A DNA stretch of 64,000 nucleotides from Candidatus Poribacteria bacterium (GTDB lineage: Bacteria; Poribacteria; WGA-4E; WGA-3G). The notes under the pieces were generated by a model, which made no database searches, was not told where the DNA came from, and was given only the letters and a program-made list of their open reading frames with translations. Positions 59,691 to 64,000 of the stretch are shown one piece after another. The stretch's first letter is position 1; each line of letters opens with the position of its first letter. Both the position numbers and the translations under genes were made by a program. The stretch lies in contig CAXXLX010000001.1 of the NCBI GenBank assembly GCA_963665235.2, positions 960,001-1,024,000 on the forward strand, written 5' to 3'.

Positions 59691-60713
59691 CTATGAACCC
59701 GCTCCAGCTCTTCCCTTAAACACCGCGTACAAATACCAGAACGCAGGCACGAGCAGCACCCCACCTACACCCACAACAATCAGCACAGGCCGAAGCACAG
59801 CATCGGAGGCGGCAGTGTTTGAAAACGTTAGATTCGGTGTAACAAGATAAGGAAATTGCGCCAATCCCCAACCGAAAATAATCAGCGTGACCTGTATCGG
59901 CACAAGCACGCGTGCGAGTCTAAAGTGCCGTTTCCAAATCGCCCAAATGCCGCTGATGGCGACAGCCCCGGTTAAGATATGAAACGGAATTGACCAGACG
60001 CTACTTCCTAAACCGCGTCGTATTGCGGGCGCGCCTTCCGTTGACAAGATAAAACTGAGTCCTGCCATTGCGCCCACACTCACTGCTGCAATGAGCGCGC
60101 GCCGCCGAAAATCTGCCTGTAACGCCGCATCTGCCGTTTCCAATGTAAGATAAACAGCCGCAAGCAAGGCACAGAGGGATAAGGTGAAAAAACCGATAGC
60201 AAACGGAAATGGCGCAAACCACGATGAAATAAAATCTGTTTCTACATGTCCGCTTTCGGCGTTACCCTGAATTGTGCCGGAGGCAACCGCTCCTAAGGTT
60301 ACGCCTAGCATCACAGGCGTGATAACACTTGCAATTGCGAAGACGCGGCTCCAGCGACGATAGGTCGTGTCCGATTGGTCGTCATAAGTGCGAAAGACAA
60401 AGGCGGTGCCGCGAAGCACAATGCCGATGAGCATTAAGGTGAGCGGAATGTGCAAAGCGGTGCCGATTGTTGCGAACGCCACCGGAAACGCCACAAAAAG
60501 CAGCACCACAATTACGATTAACCAAACATGGTTGGCTTCCCAAATAGGTGCGATTGCCTGGGTGATAAGGTCACGTTGTGCTTTCGCGCGCGGGCCTGTT
60601 GCAAACAAATCCCAGATGCCGCCGCCGAAGTCTGCCCCGCCTGTTAGCATATACAGAATCAGCGAGATGAGCATCACGCCAGCAACCCATATTTCAAGTT
60701 CAAGTCCGAACAT
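59691..60713 (-). CDS. cydB: Cytochrome bd oxidase subunit II
   Basis: 'GGADFGGG', 'IAPIWEANHVWLI', 'GIVLRGTAF'; GGAGGAG RBS before ATG 60713. Confidence 0.93.
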   Translation of the reverse strand: MFGLELEIWVAGVMLISLILYMLTGGADFGGGIWDLFATGPRAKAQRDLITQAIAPIWEANHVWLIVIVVLLFVAFPVAFATIGTALHIPLTLMLIGIVLRGTAFVFRTYDDQSDTTYRRWSRVFAIASVITPVMLGVTLGAVASGTIQGNAESGHVETDFISSWFAPFPFAIGFFTLSLCALLAAVYLTLETADAALQADFRRRALIAAVSVGAMAGLSFILSTEGAPAIRRGLGSSVWSIPFHILTGAVAISGIWAIWKRHFRLARVLVPIQVTLIIFGWGLAQFPYLVTPNLTFSNTAASDAVLRPVLIVVGVGGVLLVPAFWYLYAVFKGRAGAGS

Positions 60714-62022
60714 CGGTCTCCTCCGCTTCTTGGGGATGCTGGAAAATCTGACGACGTAGCAGGATAACAACGATAATTGATAGGAAAATGTAAAGCACGG
60801 TGAAACCGATGAACGGAACAACGAGATTCGGCATCGGTGTTACCGCCTCCGCAGTCCGCATATAGTTGTAGATAATCCACGGTTGCCTGCCGACCTCTGT
60901 CACTGTCCATCCCGCTTCAATGGCGATGAAGCCGAGTGGGGCACAGAACGTGACGAATCGCAGGTACCACCTGTTGAGCGGCAACCCTTTCTGTCGCCAT
61001 GCAAGCCACCCGCCTAGTAGGCCCGCGACAATCAGCACCATGCCGCACGCTACCATAATCTGAAATGCAATATGCACAATTGCCACAGGCGGACGATTTT
61101 CCGGTGGCACCTCCTTGAGTCCCATAATTTCAGCGTTCGGGTCGAAGTGTGCAAGGAAGCTGAGTGCTTTCGGAATTTCAATTGCAAATCGGGTTTCTTC
61201 AGCGTCCTCATCGGGAATCCCGCCGATACGTAGCGGTGCCCCGCGTTCCGTTTCCCACTGTCCCTCCATCGCTGCCAATTTGATCGGTTGATATTTGGCG
61301 AGACGCTTGGCACTGATGTCCCCAGAAATCGGTTGGAGAATTGCAATGATACCGCCGACGCTAAGCGCAATCGCAAACGCCCGCCGATGGAAAGGGTTAT
61401 CCGGGTCACGCCGCAGAAAATAGGCGTGGATACCTGCAACTGCAAAGCTGACAGCGAGAAAAGCTGCCAACGTCATGTGGAGAGCTTGACTGAACGAAGA
61501 GGGATTTAGCATCGCCGCAATAGGGTCAATGTCCGTAACCTGTCCATCAACAACCGTAAATCCGGCAGGCGTATTCATCCATGCATTCGCTGTGACAACG
61601 AAGATGCCCGAAAAGATGCCCCCTAACATCACCATGATGCCTGAAAACCAGTGGACATTTTTCGGCACCCGTTCCCAGCCGTAGAGGTAAATGCCCAAAA
61701 AGATTGCCTCTACAAAGAACGCGAGCCCCTCCAACGAGAACGGCATACCGATAATCGGACCAGCGTAAGCCATAAAACCGGGCCACAATAAACCGAGTTC
61801 AAAAGAGAGCACGGTGCCAGAGACTGCCCCGACAGCGAACAGAATCGCCGTACCTTTTGACCACCGCTTTGCAAGCGTGAGGTACACTTCGTCTCCTGTT
61901 TTCAACCACAACCTTTCGGCGATGACCATCAGGAGTGGCATCGCTATCCCGGCGGAGGCAAAAATGATGTGAAAGGCGAGGGACATCGCCATTTGTGCGC
62001 GTGCTGCCAATAGGTCTGTCAT
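60700..62022 (-). CDS. cydA: Cytochrome bd oxidase subunit I (short Q-loop)
   Basis: 'FHIIF', 'ANAWMNTP', 'QPIKLAAMEG', 'GWTVTEVGRQPW'. Confidence 0.95.
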   Translation of the reverse strand: MTDLLAARAQMAMSLAFHIIFASAGIAMPLLMVIAERLWLKTGDEVYLTLAKRWSKGTAILFAVGAVSGTVLSFELGLLWPGFMAYAGPIIGMPFSLEGLAFFVEAIFLGIYLYGWERVPKNVHWFSGIMVMLGGIFSGIFVVTANAWMNTPAGFTVVDGQVTDIDPIAAMLNPSSFSQALHMTLAAFLAVSFAVAGIHAYFLRRDPDNPFHRRAFAIALSVGGIIAILQPISGDISAKRLAKYQPIKLAAMEGQWETERGAPLRIGGIPDEDAEETRFAIEIPKALSFLAHFDPNAEIMGLKEVPPENRPPVAIVHIAFQIMVACGMVLIVAGLLGGWLAWRQKGLPLNRWYLRFVTFCAPLGFIAIEAGWTVTEVGRQPWIIYNYMRTAEAVTPMPNLVVPFIGFTVLYIFLSIIVVILLRRQIFQHPQEAEETDVRT

Positions 62023-62316
62023 AATTAGCAATTAGCAATTGGAAACCAGAAATATAAGACGCGGGTCACAGATATTGATAACGCCGCAAACTCTTGCTAA
62101 AGGTTTCCATAGGTTTCCATAGGTTTCCAAAATCCAACATTTTTGTGCTAGTAGTGAGAAAAAACGGTGACAGACTAAATCAAGTCGGTGTCACAACAAA
62201 GTGCCGGTATTCAAAAGGACTGAGGACTGTTGCTGCATTGCTAACCATATAGCTATTGACATCCAAACTGAAGATGGATGTTGTGTCATAGCTACGTCCG
62301 CATCAGGAACGACAAA

Positions 62317-63931
62317 TCATTGCGCCGCTTGAACGGTGATATTGACCCATCTGCTTTTTGCGGAACCTGCAGCGTTGGTCGCTGTAAATTGAAGACCACG
62401 CTTTTCAACTCCTGACACCGTGCCACTTAAAACACCATTCCCAAATGACAAGCCAGCAGGAATACGCCCAGCTGTCTTCGTTATCGTCGGACTTCCTGAC
62501 ACATAACTCTTTAAGTCTAAACGAAAACTATCCCCCACAGTGAGCGTGAAGGGAGCTGGTATATCACTCCAAACCGGGGCTGCCACTGCGGCTTGGGGCG
62601 TTACAACGACTTTAGACGAGGCTGAACCCGAACCCGCACTATTCACAGCACGCACCCGAAACGCATAAACCGTGTTGTTTGTTAAGCCTGTTATCGTAAC
62701 GGATGGGCTGCTGCCGCTGCCTGTAGAAACCCAACTTCGCCAGGTGCCATCATTGTTGGTATCTCTGCGATATTCGTAATCGGTTATTGTACCGCCACCA
62801 TCTGAAGAGGGCGCGTACCAAGATAGCGTGACCTCTCCATCCCCTGCGGTTGCCTGTAGATTCAGAGGTGCCCCCGGCGTGGATACTATAAAGCGCGGTG
62901 TAGCGGTAGCCGTATACGAGGCTGACCCTGAACCCGCACTATTCACAGCACGCACGCTAAACACATAAGTTGTGCCGTTGGTGAGACCACTAATTACTTT
63001 ACCTGTTAAAGTCCAACCTACTGATGTCCACGCCCCCCAAGTCGTGGCACTATTTTCTCTATACCGGTATTCGTAATCCGTAATTGTAGCACCGCCATCA
63101 TCACTTGGGGCTTCCCATATCAAGGCGACCCCTCCATCGCTGCCAAAGGCTTGCAAATTACGCGGTGCCCCCGGCGCGAATATTGGAAGTTCCGGGGTTG
63201 CCCCATACGGTCCACTCCATGCACCACCCCCCACGCTATTCTTCGCACGCACCCGGAATTGGTAAAACGTACCATTCGTGAGCCCTGTTACAGTCTCCGA
63301 TAGGTCGGTGCCGGCGGATATCCACGGACTGAAGTAACCGCTGGTACCGACACGATAATCGTATTCGTAAACGGTAATCACAGTACCACCATTAGAAATA
63401 GGGGATTCCCAGGTAAGGGTTACCACACGATCTCCTGCGGTCAACGTTAAATTTTGCGGGGCAGTAGGCACAGTCGCCGGGGTTGCATAGGCGGTATTCG
63501 AGACTACGCTTTTACCCGCACTATTAACAGCTCGCACCTGGAATTGGTATTGGACACCGTTGGTTAGACCAAAAACCGATGCTAAGGTGTTGGTATTACC
63601 CCACGATGTCCATGCGCTATAGGTCTGATAGGTGCGACTATATCGGTATTCGTAATCGGTAATCGTAGCACCCCCATTGGAGCTAGGAGCTATCCAGGAT
63701 AAGCTGACCCATAGCAGCTGTCCAAGAGAGGCGGACTTGACCATTCCCTGCCGACATACTTAAACCGGTTGGCGAGTCTGGTAGCGCGGGCGTATTCGTA
63801 GCACCGTCATCGCCTGAATTCTGATTTTGCTGATTGTCACTATCATCGGTGTCTGGTGGTGTCCACTGCGGTTTCGTTTTACGAAGCGGATTGGCTTTAG
63901 AGTTCTGACCCCGATCTGCCGCATTAACCAT
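62317..63931 (-). pseudogene. Fibronectin type III repeat + Ig-like protein, frameshifted near 63710
   Basis: Four FN3 repeats 'L.W.AP..DGG..ITDYEYRY..GLTNGT.Y.F.VRAVN' plus an He_PIG-like end; upstream ORF 63683..63931 has the start of another FN3 in a different frame. Confidence 0.8.
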
Positions 63932-63935
63932 ATTA

Positions 63936-64000
63936 TACCATTTTTATTAATTATTCTACCATTACCAGTTGTTAGAAATGAAACGGAGAACGGCACAAAC
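63936..64000 (+). mobile_element. MITE family A, left arm (runs off the window)
   Basis: Matches 35039-35103; preceded by TTA (63933-35). Confidence 0.88.

Noticed and set aside
62101-62129. AGGTTTCCAT x3 upstream of cydA as an operator
   Set aside because: It is a short simple tandem repeat next to a heptamer element, with no supporting regulator motif.
1-64000. tRNA, rRNA, prophage, integron
   Set aside because: No cloverleaf, rRNA-like stretch, phage structural gene or integrase was recognised by eye. tRNAscan or Infernal would be needed to exclude small RNAs.

Overview
Bacterial chromosome segment, most likely from a sponge symbiont of Ca. Poribacteria. This is an inference from the WD40 leader 'SLPEGAKARLGKG', the TPR leader 'AVEKWRAIANI', and the FN3, sulfatase and PhyH genes. 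Core genes (adk, aroK-aroB, gatB, argB, cydAB) are mixed with transporters (ABC, TPAT/TRAP, SSS), eukaryotic-like repeat proteins, a restriction-modification-rich patch, a VapBC pair and a fragmented AAA-ATPase + PLD-like gene pair. The most striking layer is non-coding. At least five MITE families are present, several with verifiable target-site duplications, and nearly all carry GTAG-type REP hairpins as cargo. One family (TACCATTT ends, TAA target, 5 copies) holds an expandable ~32-bp tandem array with 1, 2, ~8 and 15 units. One of its copies inserted into codon 3 of an ECF sigma gene, and its own terminus supplies an in-frame replacement ATG. Three non-autonomous IS200/IS605 derivatives are present: two keep near-consensus promoters aimed at omegaRNA-like right ends, and one splits argB. 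An uncharacterised four-gene membrane-protein operon (FN3+DUF6754-like) follows aroB. No CRISPR array, rRNA, tRNA or intact transposase was seen.
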